Positions 40,135-49,616 of a stretch of DNA of 53,169 nt are shown piece after piece. Below the pieces are notes generated by a model that ran no database searches, was not told the DNA's origin, and saw only the letters and a list, made by a program, of their open reading frames with translations. The position numbers were made by a program, and so were the translations under genes. The DNA is from Rhodospirillaceae bacterium (lineage in GTDB: Bacteria; Pseudomonadota; Gammaproteobacteria; Burkholderiales; SG8-41), in assembly GCA_050260255.1 (NCBI GenBank), contig JBLNBW010000208.1, forward strand, positions 1 to 53,169. Direction: 5' to 3'. Every line of letters starts with the position of its first letter. Position 1 is the first letter of the stretch.

Positions 40135-41220
40135 ATGCCGGAAATAAAGACGATAGGCGTGCTCACGAGCGGTGGCGATTGCGCCGGCCTCAACGCGGTC
40201 GTACGCGCCGTCACGTACCACGCGGTACAGGTGTACGGATGGAAGGTCGTCGGCATTCAGGATAGCACCCTGGGGCTCATCGAAAGACCGCTCCGCTACC
40301 AGGAGCTGCGCCTCAACACGTTCGACGGCCGGCTCCTGCGAGAGAGCGGCACCTTTCTTGGCACCACCTCCAAGGACGATCCGCTGCACGTTCGCATGCC
40401 CGACGGCAGCATACGGGACCGCACGCCGGATTTTGCCGAAGGCGTACGGCAGCTCGGGCTGGATGCCCTGGTCGTCATCGGCGGCGACGGCTCCATGCGC
40501 ATACTCTCCCAGCTGTGCGAGCGCGCACAGATCGGCATGGTCGGCGTGCCGAAGACGATAGACAACGACGTGCACGGCACCGACTGGTCGGTCGGTTTCT
40601 CGACGGCGTTGAGCGTCGTGACCGAAGCGCTCGACCGCCTGCAGCCGACAGCCGCGAGCCATCACCGCGTGATGATCCTCGAAGTGATGGGTCGCGACAC
40701 CGGCCACATCGCGCTGAACGGCGGGATTGCCGGCGGCGCGGATGTGATCCTGATACCCGAGCTGCCTTACACGATAGACGGCGTGATGAAGCGCATCCGC
40801 CAGACCTTGTCCGAAGGACGCTCGCATGCGATGGTGATCATCGCAGAGGGCGTGCGGACTGCCGACGGGGAAAAGCTGTCCGTGCAGCACGCGGGCGGCC
40901 AGTCGAGCTACGGGGGCATCGGGCACTATCTCGCCACGCAGATCGCGCCTCACACCCGCGCCGATGTGCGCGTCACCGTGCTCGGACATTTGCAGCGCGG
41001 CGGCACACCGTCGGCCCGCGATCGCCTGCTTGCATCCTCGTTCGGCGTGCGCGCAGTGGAGCTCGTCGCCGCGAGATGCTTCGGCCGCATGGTGGCCTGG
41101 CGGGATCGCGGGGTCATCGACGTGCCGCTCAGCGAAGTGACGATAGGCGCGCGCGCGCTGGATCCGGATGATCCGCTGATACGTACTGCACGCGGGCTGG
41201 GAATCTACGTCGGCGGTTGA
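40135..41220 (+). CDS. pfkA: 6-phosphofructokinase (PfkA family, GGDG/PKTIDND type, probably ATP-dependent)
   Basis: TSGGDCAGLN, GGDGS, PKTIDND, EVMGR, LGHLQRGG. Confidence 0.92.
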   Translation: MPEIKTIGVLTSGGDCAGLNAVVRAVTYHAVQVYGWKVVGIQDSTLGLIERPLRYQELRLNTFDGRLLRESGTFLGTTSKDDPLHVRMPDGSIRDRTPDFAEGVRQLGLDALVVIGGDGSMRILSQLCERAQIGMVGVPKTIDNDVHGTDWSVGFSTALSVVTEALDRLQPTAASHHRVMILEVMGRDTGHIALNGGIAGGADVILIPELPYTIDGVMKRIRQTLSEGRSHAMVIIAEGVRTADGEKLSVQHAGGQSSYGGIGHYLATQIAPHTRADVRVTVLGHLQRGGTPSARDRLLASSFGVRAVELVAARCFGRMVAWRDRGVIDVPLSEVTIGARALDPDDPLIRTARGLGIYVGG

Positions 41221-42362
41221 GATCCGCAATCCGGCGCGACACTGTCGTCGCGCCAGGCACTCAACGCGCGTATCGTGGCCGTGGTGCGCGTCTCCACGCC
41301 GAGCTTCTGGTAGATGTGCTCCAGGTGCTTCTGCACTGTGCGGTTGCTCATCTCGAGGATCGCGCCGACCTCCGCATTGGTCTTGCCCTTGGCGACCCAC
41401 GCAAGCACCTCGGATTCTCGCGGCGTGAGCCCGTACTCGCTGAGCGCGCGCCACGGCGTGTCACAGCGCTTTTCATTGAGCAGGAGCAAGTGCTCGTCCC
41501 TCAGATAGTCCGGTATGAATTGGACCGACAGCTGCCGCCCTTCCTTCTCGACCACAAGCACGTCGCGCGTCTGCGTCACCGACCGCTCGCACGTCATGCG
41601 ATCGACCTGGCGCCGGTACCATGACGCAAAGCACTGCGGCAACCGGTCGCCGCACAGCGGAAACGGCGTGCGGCAGTAGCGGGCAATCCAGGTCTTCGCC
41701 TGATTGCTCCAGCGTCGGATGCGGCCATCACCTGCCAGCACGACGACACTGCTGGTGGGGCCTTCCAGCATGTCGACGAGCTCGTCCATGCCGCGGCAAT
41801 AGCGGTCGAGGGAGGCGACATGCCGGAACGCCTGCACGAGATGGGGATAGAGGCGATTCATGAGACCGCGTTCCCGCTCGGTGAAGTCGCGCTGGTGGCG
41901 GAGGAGCAGAACGACCGTCACGGCGCCCGGGCCGGTCGAAAAGAAAATTCCGAGCTCGTATTTCGCGCCGAGCTCGCGCACGTACGCATCCGCACGACAG
42001 TGACGCTGGAAGTCGGCCCGCGTGAGCGCCTGGGTCGTTTTCTGCGCGCGACCGTCGCCCGTCTGCAGGAAATATCGGAACAGCGGATGGCTGCTGAAGC
42101 TGTGTTCGAGCCTCGAAAGCGCGGTCGGTGTGTCAGAACCGGACGGACGCACTACCGTCGGCTGCATCGACAGCCGCGCGGCTTGCCGTTCGATCTCGTA
42201 CACGCCGTAGACGACCCGGTCGGCGGGAATGATCTTGAGCAGCGACTCCATCGCCCGGTCGGCGTAGCCCTCGCTGGGGCGATGATCATAGAGCGCGGCA
42301 ACGAAATCGAGCAGGTCGTCGAAATCGTGCTGTGTGAACCGCATCGCCGGCACCTCTGACAT
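41205..42362 (-). CDS. LuxR-HTH one-component regulator with N-terminal GAF-like sensor region
   Basis: LTPRESEVLAWVAKGKTNAEVG...TVQKHLEHIYQKLG; RDFTERER GAF-type end; no receiver; start uncertain (42374/42362/42344). Confidence 0.85.
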   Translation of the reverse strand: MSEVPAMRFTQHDFDDLLDFVAALYDHRPSEGYADRAMESLLKIIPADRVVYGVYEIERQAARLSMQPTVVRPSGSDTPTALSRLEHSFSSHPLFRYFLQTGDGRAQKTTQALTRADFQRHCRADAYVRELGAKYELGIFFSTGPGAVTVVLLLRHQRDFTERERGLMNRLYPHLVQAFRHVASLDRYCRGMDELVDMLEGPTSSVVVLAGDGRIRRWSNQAKTWIARYCRTPFPLCGDRLPQCFASWYRRQVDRMTCERSVTQTRDVLVVEKEGRQLSVQFIPDYLRDEHLLLLNEKRCDTPWRALSEYGLTPRESEVLAWVAKGKTNAEVGAILEMSNRTVQKHLEHIYQKLGVETRTTATIRALSAWRDDSVAPDCGSQPPT

Positions 42363-42419
42363 CCCGCGCGGCACAACCTACGCGGAACGGTGAAGCGTAT
42401 GCAGCCGACGTGCCGGCCC

Positions 42420-42614
42420 TCAGGCGGCAACTTTTTCCGATTGCAGCAGGCTGCGGATCTGCGACCGAAGTTCCGGCGTGTCGGTGTGGCCGTGAACGGC
42501 GACGGCGTGCTGCACGGCGGCCTCGAGCAGTTCCTCCTCCGAGTCGGCGCTCATCGCGAGCGTGCAGTTCATTTCGCTGGGATAGTTGCGGCAATCGATG
42601 TACATACGGCTCAT
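42420..42614 (-). CDS. DUF1059-like small metal-binding protein (64 aa)
   Basis: YIDCR.YPSEMNC...EELLEAAVQHAVAVHGH; GAGGAG RBS; C-terminal part of ORF 42420..42989. Confidence 0.85.
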   Translation of the reverse strand: MSRMYIDCRNYPSEMNCTLAMSADSEEELLEAAVQHAVAVHGHTDTPELRSQIRSLLQSEKVAA

Positions 42615-42897
42615 GTTGATCTCCTCTGTCACGGCGACACCCGAGCTACGGGCGTCCGGTTGTGTTGGGCCCGTTCTGCGAGACGGCTCGACCATGATGC
42701 GCGTATCCCTGAACTCGTTGCGCTTCGCTGCGTCGATCGCCATATCGCCCGCGAGAGGCCCGTGCAGCGCATGGTGAAACACGCGAGGCGTCGCCGCCAT
42801 ACGCGTACTGACGTATATCGAAGAGGCGTCGGAAGAAGAGCGAGGTGTAGTGGAAGCCGGAGCGCAGGCGGCGCCCCGGCGGTGCAGTGGAAGACGT

Positions 42898-43194
42898 CTA
42901 CCAGCGTCCGCGATGGCCCGGGCTGTGACCGTGGCGGTAGCCATGCCAATGGCGCGGACCGTAGTACGCGGGCGGCCCGTAATAGACACGGACGCCCGGG
43001 TAATACACGGGCGGCGGCGTGTACACGACCGGGGGCGGTGCGTACACTACGGGTGGCGGCGTGTAATAGACGGGCGGCGGAGCATACACCGGCGCTCCTA
43101 TCGACACGCTGAAGCCGACATTGCCGTGCGCGGCCGCTGTGCCGCTCAATGCCAGACCGCCCGCTGCAATCAACAGGGTGAGCGCGCGTTTCAT
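42898..43194 (-). CDS. Small exported Pro/Tyr-rich protein
   Basis: Signal peptide (AAAH), four tandem 7-aa PPPV(Y/V)Y repeats, His-rich tail; AGGAGG RBS. Confidence 0.8.
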   Translation of the reverse strand: MKRALTLLIAAGGLALSGTAAAHGNVGFSVSIGAPVYAPPPVYYTPPPVVYAPPPVVYTPPPVYYPGVRVYYGPPAYYGPRHWHGYRHGHSPGHRGRW

Positions 43195-43332
43195 GAGATC
43201 CTCCTGTCCTTCTGCCATCTCCATCGACGTGGATCAGGCTACCACTGCGACAGGAGGTCGTGAGCACTAATGTGTAACGGCATGTAACGCAGCCGCACCG
43301 AGCCGTCGCTCCACGGCGACACGACCCGTCCG

Positions 43333-45207
43333 TTACGCCGCGAGCTGCACCGCATCCTGCGCCGCGGCAGTCGATGCGGCGTTGCGCAGGCACTCGTCGA
43401 CGACCGACCCGCTGACGGTCTCGTGCTCCAGCAGAGCCTTGGTGAGCTGCTCGAGCGCTGCTCGATTCGCTTCGAGCAACACGGCACACTGTTCTTCGAC
43501 ATCCTTCACGATCTGACGCGCTTCGGCGATCGCTTCGGGATGGTCGTTCACGCGGCGCTCGCGCTCGGGCAAGCCCGCATAGCTGAACGGTCCCAACGTC
43601 TTGCTGAAGCCGAATTCGGTCACCATGCGGTAGGCCATGTTGGACACGCGCTCGAGATCATTGGAGGCGCCGGTCGAGAGCGAATCGAGCACGAGCATCT
43701 CGGCGCCGCGTCCGCCGAGCAGCATGGCCATGCGCGCCCGCCACTGCCCTTCGCTTTGCAGGATGACGTCCTGATCGTCGGTTACGAGCGTGACACCGAG
43801 TGCGCGTCCGCGCTTCAGTATGCTCACCTTCTCGACGATACCGACGTTCAGCAGCCGTGCAATAAGCGCATGCCCCGCTTCGTGCACGGCGATGCGGTTG
43901 CGTTCGGTCCGATTCATTGCCGCCTGCCCTTCCCCCGCCGGGCCACCCATCAGCTCCTGCTCCAGCACGCGATGAAAATGCTGATGCGTCACCGCGGCTG
44001 CCCCTTCCTTCGCCGCGAGCAGCGCCGCTGCATTCACGGCATTCGCGATCGAAGCCGGAGAAAGCCCCGTGGACAAGCGCGCGAGCTGCCGGAAATCCGC
44101 ACTGCCGTCCGTGCGCACGCGTCCGGCATAGAGGGCGAACAGCTGCTCTCGCTCGTCGACGCTCGGCAGACCGAGATGGCACGTACGGTCGAAGCGGCCG
44201 GCGCGGATAAGGGCTGGATCGAGATTCCTCACATTATTCGTCGCGCCGATCACGACGATCCCCGACGTCGGCGCAAAGCCGTCCAGCTCGACCAGCAGCG
44301 TATTGATGATTCGATTGTTCTCGGTCTCGGCGGCCGAAGCGCTGCCGGAGCGCTTGCCGAGGCCGTCGATCTCGTCGATGAACACGACGCAGGGGGCCTG
44401 CTGCCGTGCCAGCGCAAAGAGCTTCTTCACCCGCCGCACGCCGACGCCGAGAAACATATCGCTGAAGTCGCCGCCCGCGAGCGCAATGAACGGCACGCCT
44501 GCTTCGCCCGCGACTGCGCGTGCGAGGAGGGTCTTGCCTGCACCGTAATGGCCTTCGAGGATGATGCCTTTCGGCGGCTTCGCGCCCAGCTCCGAGAAGC
44601 GTCGGGGATTTTTCAGAAATGCCACGATGTCGCTCAGCGCCTCCTTCGCCTCGTCGACCCCCACGACATCGCCGAACCGCGTGTCCGGACGCTGCGCACG
44701 CCGGAAGCCGCCCCCGGTACGCATGGGGCCCATCATCCAGATGAGGTAGATCAGCAGCAGCGGGGCGAGCAGCGACAGCCACGCCGGATTCCTCAGCGCG
44801 CGTCCGACGACGCCGAGCGGACCTGCCGGCGGCTGCACATCGTCGATCGCGAAGACCGCGGGCTGCGCATCGGCGAGCCTGTCCTTCAGCAGCTCCGCCA
44901 CGAGCGGACGCTGCGTGCCCGTGGCAACGTAATACCGCGAGCCGTCCTTACGTTGCACGAGCGCGTAGTCGGGCGACAGTCCTATGCTCTGCGCTGCGCC
45001 GCTGCGCGCATCCTGCGCGAGCGTCGTCATGTCGCGCTCGGTCGCGAAAAACAGCGCCGACTGAGCTTCCATTGCGGTGACATGGGCGTCCCTGCCCCGC
45101 TGCGGCGCGTGCACGGTGAACCACACCAGCGCGGCAGCAGAAATGAGGGCGCCCGCAGCGGCCGCCAACTTGAGCGGTTTCTTATGCTTCAGCAAGGTGT
45201 TCAACAC
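43333..45207 (-). CDS. FtsH-like ATP-dependent zinc metalloprotease (divergent paralog)
   Basis: Two N-terminal TMs, Walker A GHYGAGKT, Walker B FIDEID, SRH LDPALIRAGRFDR, HEAGH, GASNDL. Confidence 0.9.
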   Translation of the reverse strand: MLNTLLKHKKPLKLAAAAGALISAAALVWFTVHAPQRGRDAHVTAMEAQSALFFATERDMTTLAQDARSGAAQSIGLSPDYALVQRKDGSRYYVATGTQRPLVAELLKDRLADAQPAVFAIDDVQPPAGPLGVVGRALRNPAWLSLLAPLLLIYLIWMMGPMRTGGGFRRAQRPDTRFGDVVGVDEAKEALSDIVAFLKNPRRFSELGAKPPKGIILEGHYGAGKTLLARAVAGEAGVPFIALAGGDFSDMFLGVGVRRVKKLFALARQQAPCVVFIDEIDGLGKRSGSASAAETENNRIINTLLVELDGFAPTSGIVVIGATNNVRNLDPALIRAGRFDRTCHLGLPSVDEREQLFALYAGRVRTDGSADFRQLARLSTGLSPASIANAVNAAALLAAKEGAAAVTHQHFHRVLEQELMGGPAGEGQAAMNRTERNRIAVHEAGHALIARLLNVGIVEKVSILKRGRALGVTLVTDDQDVILQSEGQWRARMAMLLGGRGAEMLVLDSLSTGASNDLERVSNMAYRMVTEFGFSKTLGPFSYAGLPERERRVNDHPEAIAEARQIVKDVEEQCAVLLEANRAALEQLTKALLEHETVSGSVVDECLRNAASTAAAQDAVQLAA

Positions 45208-45521
45208 GGTCTTCTCTGTTTGTCGTCGCGCGGTGACAGTGCGCGAATAATGAACGGACGCGAGAGAGGCTGTTCCCGCGACGCGCTATGTTAGCAGCCG
45301 AACCGCGCGCGAAAGCGAGGCATTTTGACGGTCGCTGCTATTTTTCCGTGCGGGAAGTCGACGCCGTAGGGTCTCGTTTCCGAAGGCGCGGAAACGCAAA
45401 AACGGATCGCGTTCGGGTCGGGAACGGCTGCAATCGAGCGCAGGGCTATCTTGTCGCCGGGCCGCTCCCGCTTGAAGAATGCACTCGGCTTGCCGCCGAG
45501 CGCACTCCGGACTCGGCCTCG

Positions 45522-46508
45522 CTACTGCTTCGGTATACCGGCCTGCTCCGCCGCCTTGCGATAGCGCGCGATTTCGTCCACCAGCAGATTGGAAAGCTGC
45601 GACACGGACAGCGGAGCGGGCTCGGCCCCTTCGTGCGCGAGAAACTGCTTGACCTCGTCGCTCGCAAGCGCCTTGTTCACGACGGCGTTGATGGCGTTCA
45701 CGCGCTCGGGCGGCGTGCCTGCCGGCGCGAAGAGTCCCCACCACAGCTCGTATTCGTACGTCGGCACGCCGGATTGCGCGATCGCAGGAAGTTCCGGCAA
45801 CAGGGGCGAGCGCTCCTTGGAGCTCACGCCGAGCGCAATGATGCGGCCTGCGCGCACCTGCGGCATGACAGCCGGTCCACTCGCGATCGACATCTCCACC
45901 TCACCGGCCGCAACCGCCGTGATTGCCTGTGCGATGCCGCGATACGGGACGTGCGTGAGCTTTATCCCGGCCGCATGTCCGAACAGTGCACCCGAGAAGT
46001 GGTTGTTGCCGCCGGTGCCGGACGATGAATAATTGAGCTTGCCCGGATTTTTCTTCGCGAGCGCGACGAGCTCTTTCACGGAGCGCGCGGGCAACGACGG
46101 ATGGATCACGAGCAGCAGTGGCGCACGCCCGAACATTGCTACCGGAACGAAGCCTTTCACCGGGTCGAACGGCAGGCTTTTGCGCACGGCGACCGTACCG
46201 GGATACGACGACGTCGTCCCAAGCAGCGTGTAGCCGTCCGGTTCCGCTTTCGCGACCAGTTCTGCGCCTATCATCCCGCTCGCGCCTGCGCGGTTGTCGA
46301 TCACGACGTTACGCCCCCACAGCTCGCTCATCTTGCGGGCGACGGCACGAGTCACGACGTCGATCGATCCGCCCGGGGTATACGGCACGATGATCTGGAC
46401 GTTCTTCGCGGGATACCCTTGCGCATGAGCGGCTCCCACACCGAGCGCCGAAGCGGCCGCGACGAGCACGCCCAGCACCTTGCGCCGTTCCCTTGAAACA
46501 TTGAGCAT
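45522..46508 (-). CDS. Bug/TctC-family periplasmic substrate-binding protein
   Basis: YPAKNVQIIVPYTPGG..D, DNRAGASG, PDGYTLL, HVPYRG; start MLNVS. Confidence 0.92.
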   Translation of the reverse strand: MLNVSRERRKVLGVLVAAASALGVGAAHAQGYPAKNVQIIVPYTPGGSIDVVTRAVARKMSELWGRNVVIDNRAGASGMIGAELVAKAEPDGYTLLGTTSSYPGTVAVRKSLPFDPVKGFVPVAMFGRAPLLLVIHPSLPARSVKELVALAKKNPGKLNYSSSGTGGNNHFSGALFGHAAGIKLTHVPYRGIAQAITAVAAGEVEMSIASGPAVMPQVRAGRIIALGVSSKERSPLLPELPAIAQSGVPTYEYELWWGLFAPAGTPPERVNAINAVVNKALASDEVKQFLAHEGAEPAPLSVSQLSNLLVDEIARYRKAAEQAGIPKQ

Positions 46509-46723
46509 GATTCCTTCCTCCATTATGAGATCGGCATCCGCCTCTTTTTTTCTGCGGCTGGATGTGCGGGCATTATCGCGCAGTTTTCCCGGCACCGCGT
46601 CGACCCGAAAAGAGCTAAAGTTTTGACGCAAGACGCCGTATCCACGGTAGGCACCACGCCCGCCGGCTGCGCTCGCGCGCAAGGCCGCGCGCGGTATGCG
46701 CCCGTTGACATGGAAGAACAAGA

Positions 46724-47554
46724 ATGGGAAACGCCCCGCTCGACGACACGGCCGCCCGGCTCATCGATGCGCTCAACCAGGATGGATTCGTCCTCCATCA
46801 GCAGCCGATACGCGCAATCTCGGAAAAAGCCGCGGAGCGTAGCTACCAGGAAATCTTCGTGCGGTTTAAGGAGGAGGAAGAAAAGCTGCTCCCGCCCGGC
46901 ACTTTCATTCCGGTGCTCGAGAGCTGCCGGCTGATGCATCTCCTGGACCGCTGGGTGATCAATCGCGTGATCAAGTGGATACACGCCGGCCGGCGCCGCG
47001 ACCCACGATGGACCGCGCCCTGCTGCAGCATCAACCTCTCCAACGACTCGCTGATCCACCCCGACACGGCGCATTTCGTGCTGCAGCAGTCGCAGAAAGG
47101 CAGCGTGAGCGGACGCAAGCTCGCTTTCGAAATCGCGGAGGACGACGCGCACGCACATGCCGATGAGCTTGCTTTTCTTACGCGGGAGTTGAAGCCCATA
47201 GGCTGTCGATTCACCGTCACGAGCTACAACGGAGCTCTCGTCGATGCACAGCGGCTGCAAGCGCTGGGCGTGTCGACTGTCAAGATCGACGTCGATATCG
47301 TCACCACGTTGCACGGCAATGCCGAGAGCGTGCGCCTCGCGCGTCACATACAGGCCGCATGCGAGACACGCGGGATAGAGACGATCGCGGAATTCGTGGA
47401 ACGGCAGGACACGCTGGAGCATCTCATAGGTCTCGGCGTGCGCTACGCGCAGGGCTACGGCATCGGACATTCGAAGCCGTTGTACGGCCGCGACCTCGAC
47501 GGCACAGGTGCGTTCCCGCCCGCTGCGGTGGGCAATGCCGCGCGGGCGGTCTAA
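46724..47554 (+). CDS. Stand-alone degenerate EAL-domain protein
   Basis: QPI, EIFVR, DRWV, SINLS, FEIAE, VKID, IAEFVE, QGY; the DDFG motif is replaced by TSYN. Confidence 0.85.
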   Translation: MGNAPLDDTAARLIDALNQDGFVLHQQPIRAISEKAAERSYQEIFVRFKEEEEKLLPPGTFIPVLESCRLMHLLDRWVINRVIKWIHAGRRRDPRWTAPCCSINLSNDSLIHPDTAHFVLQQSQKGSVSGRKLAFEIAEDDAHAHADELAFLTRELKPIGCRFTVTSYNGALVDAQRLQALGVSTVKIDVDIVTTLHGNAESVRLARHIQAACETRGIETIAEFVERQDTLEHLIGLGVRYAQGYGIGHSKPLYGRDLDGTGAFPPAAVGNAARAV

Positions 47555-47561
47555 ACCTCTC

Positions 47562-48587
47562 TTATCGCGCGATCATTTTCTTGAGACGCTCGAAATTCGA
47601 CACGTCCATCGCGACGTCCCCCCGATTGATGAGGCGGTCGATCTCGGTCACCGCATCGTTCGCCGGCGTCGGAATGCCGAGCTCGCGTCCCCGCCGCGAC
47701 ACCACGCCGCTGATGTACGCCATCTCGCTCGTGCGCCCCTTGATGTGATCGTGTATAGGCGCGGTCCGGCCGCCGCCGACATGCGACAGCAGCGTTTTCA
47801 TGGTGGTGACGAGATTCTCGTCGCTCGATCCGGCGAACTCGTCCGCCCGCAGCCCGAATATCGGCTCCATGCGATAGCCTAGCGCCGTCCCGACGGCAAG
47901 CGACTCCTTGCCGAGCTTCACCGAAATTTCGAACATGCCTGGCAACGCAGCCGCATCGTTGTTCTTGAGGCCCAGCAGCCCGAACGGCCCCATCGTCATC
48001 GTGTTGGCAATGAGCTTGGTCCACTTCGCGCCCGAAATGTTGTTCGTCGCGTCGCAGCGGCCGACGTTGCGCATCAGGGCCTCGATCTCGCGCGTCCGGG
48101 CGGTGTACTGGCCATCGAGCTCGCCCACGGCAAACCAGGTTCTGCTGCGCGTGGTGTTGCGCTTGACGACTCCCGGGGTCCATAGCTCGGCCTGCAGCTC
48201 GACGACACAGCCCATCGTGCGCTCGCGTCCGATGATGGAAGCGATCGACTCGTCGTTCATGCCGTTCTGCGCGCCGAGCACCACGCCGGACGGCTTGAGA
48301 TACGGGAGGATGAATTCCGAGAGCCAGCGGTGATCGTTCGACTTGGAAGCGAGGATGACGATATCGAACTCGAGCTTGGCCGATGCGAGATCGCACAGAT
48401 GGAACGCCCGCACGGGCACGTTAACATCGTCGTCCGTCATCGCGACCCGCAGGCCATGCGTACGCATCGCTTCGATGTGCCCCGGCCATTGATCGATGAC
48501 CGCCGGCTCGTAACCCGCTCTGGCGAGATCCGCCGCGATGCTGCTGCCTATCGCTCCCGCGCCCAGTACGGCTATCTGCTTCGTCAC
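47562..48587 (-). CDS. Ketopantoate reductase (PanE/ApbA)-family oxidoreductase
   Basis: GAGAIG, LASKS, QNGM, KWTKLIAN, GRTSE...G...GIPTPAN. Confidence 0.87.
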   Translation of the reverse strand: MTKQIAVLGAGAIGSSIAADLARAGYEPAVIDQWPGHIEAMRTHGLRVAMTDDDVNVPVRAFHLCDLASAKLEFDIVILASKSNDHRWLSEFILPYLKPSGVVLGAQNGMNDESIASIIGRERTMGCVVELQAELWTPGVVKRNTTRSRTWFAVGELDGQYTARTREIEALMRNVGRCDATNNISGAKWTKLIANTMTMGPFGLLGLKNNDAAALPGMFEISVKLGKESLAVGTALGYRMEPIFGLRADEFAGSSDENLVTTMKTLLSHVGGGRTAPIHDHIKGRTSEMAYISGVVSRRGRELGIPTPANDAVTEIDRLINRGDVAMDVSNFERLKKMIAR

Positions 48588-48605
48588 GTACGTCTCCGGC
48601 TCGAG

Positions 48606-49580
48606 CTATTGGGTGATGTTCGCCGCCTTCACCACTTTCGTCCAGCGCTCGATGTCCTCGCGTATCACTCTACCGAACTCCTCCGGCGTGCTGCCTTGCG
48701 GCTCGAGACCCAGGCTCGCAAAGCGCTCCTTGACGTCCGCCAGTGCGATGGTGCGGCGCAAGTCGCCGTTGAGCTTGAGGATGAGCGGACGCGGAGTGCC
48801 CGCCGGCGCGGAAACGCCGAACCAGATGTTGACGTCGTAACCGGCGAGTCCCTGCTCGGCCGTCGTCGGCACGTCCGGATGGATTGCAAGCCGCTTGTTG
48901 CCTGCGACCGCGAGCGTTTTAAGCTTGCCCGACTTGATCAGCGGCTCGGCTGTCACCGGGGTCGTGAAAATGAGCGAGACCTGGCCGCCTATCATGTCCG
49001 TGATCGCGGGCGCCGCCCCTTTATACGGAACGTGCAGTATGTCGGTGCCGGTTAGCAGCTTGAACAGCTCGAGCGCGAGATGGCTGCTGCCGCCCGGCCC
49101 GGATGATCCGCCCGACAGCGTGCCCGGCTTCGCCTTCGCCATCGCAATGAGCTCTTTCATGCTGGTTGCCGGAAACGTTGCGCTGGTGACGAGCATGATC
49201 GGCGACCAGCCCAGCAGACCTACGTGCGCGAAATCGTCGGGCTTGTAGGGCGTGCGTGTACGAAGCGCGAAGTTGATCGCATTCGATCCGGGATTGGTCA
49301 TCAGCAACGTGTAACCGTCGGGCGTCGCCTTGGCAACGATATCGGCGCCCAGCAAACCGCCCGCGCCCGCCCGGTTGTCCGTGACGACCTGCTGCCCCCA
49401 CTGCTCCGTGAGCTTCTGCGCGAGCAGCCGCGCAACCACATCGTTCGAAGCGCCGGGCGGATACGGCACCACCCATCGTACGCTGCGCACCGGGTAGTGC
49501 TCCGGCTTCGCCGCCTGTCCCCACGAAGCCCCAGTCCACGCCATACACGCGCCCGCGATGGCGCTTGCGATTTTGTTCAA
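48606..49580 (-). CDS. Bug/TctC-family periplasmic substrate-binding protein
   Basis: YPVRSVRWVVPYPPGASND, DNRAGAGG, PDGYTLL, HVPYKG; TTG start after GAGGAGG. Confidence 0.92.
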   Translation of the reverse strand: MNKIASAIAGACMAWTGASWGQAAKPEHYPVRSVRWVVPYPPGASNDVVARLLAQKLTEQWGQQVVTDNRAGAGGLLGADIVAKATPDGYTLLMTNPGSNAINFALRTRTPYKPDDFAHVGLLGWSPIMLVTSATFPATSMKELIAMAKAKPGTLSGGSSGPGGSSHLALELFKLLTGTDILHVPYKGAAPAITDMIGGQVSLIFTTPVTAEPLIKSGKLKTLAVAGNKRLAIHPDVPTTAEQGLAGYDVNIWFGVSAPAGTPRPLILKLNGDLRRTIALADVKERFASLGLEPQGSTPEEFGRVIREDIERWTKVVKAANITQ

Positions 49581-49616
49581 ATGTCCTCCTCGAGGCCGTC
49601 GTCCGGCTCGGGCCGC

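Noticed and set aside
45375-45410. Glycine riboswitch (CCGAAGGCGC)
   Set aside because: The GGAGA and CUCAGG conserved elements are missing.
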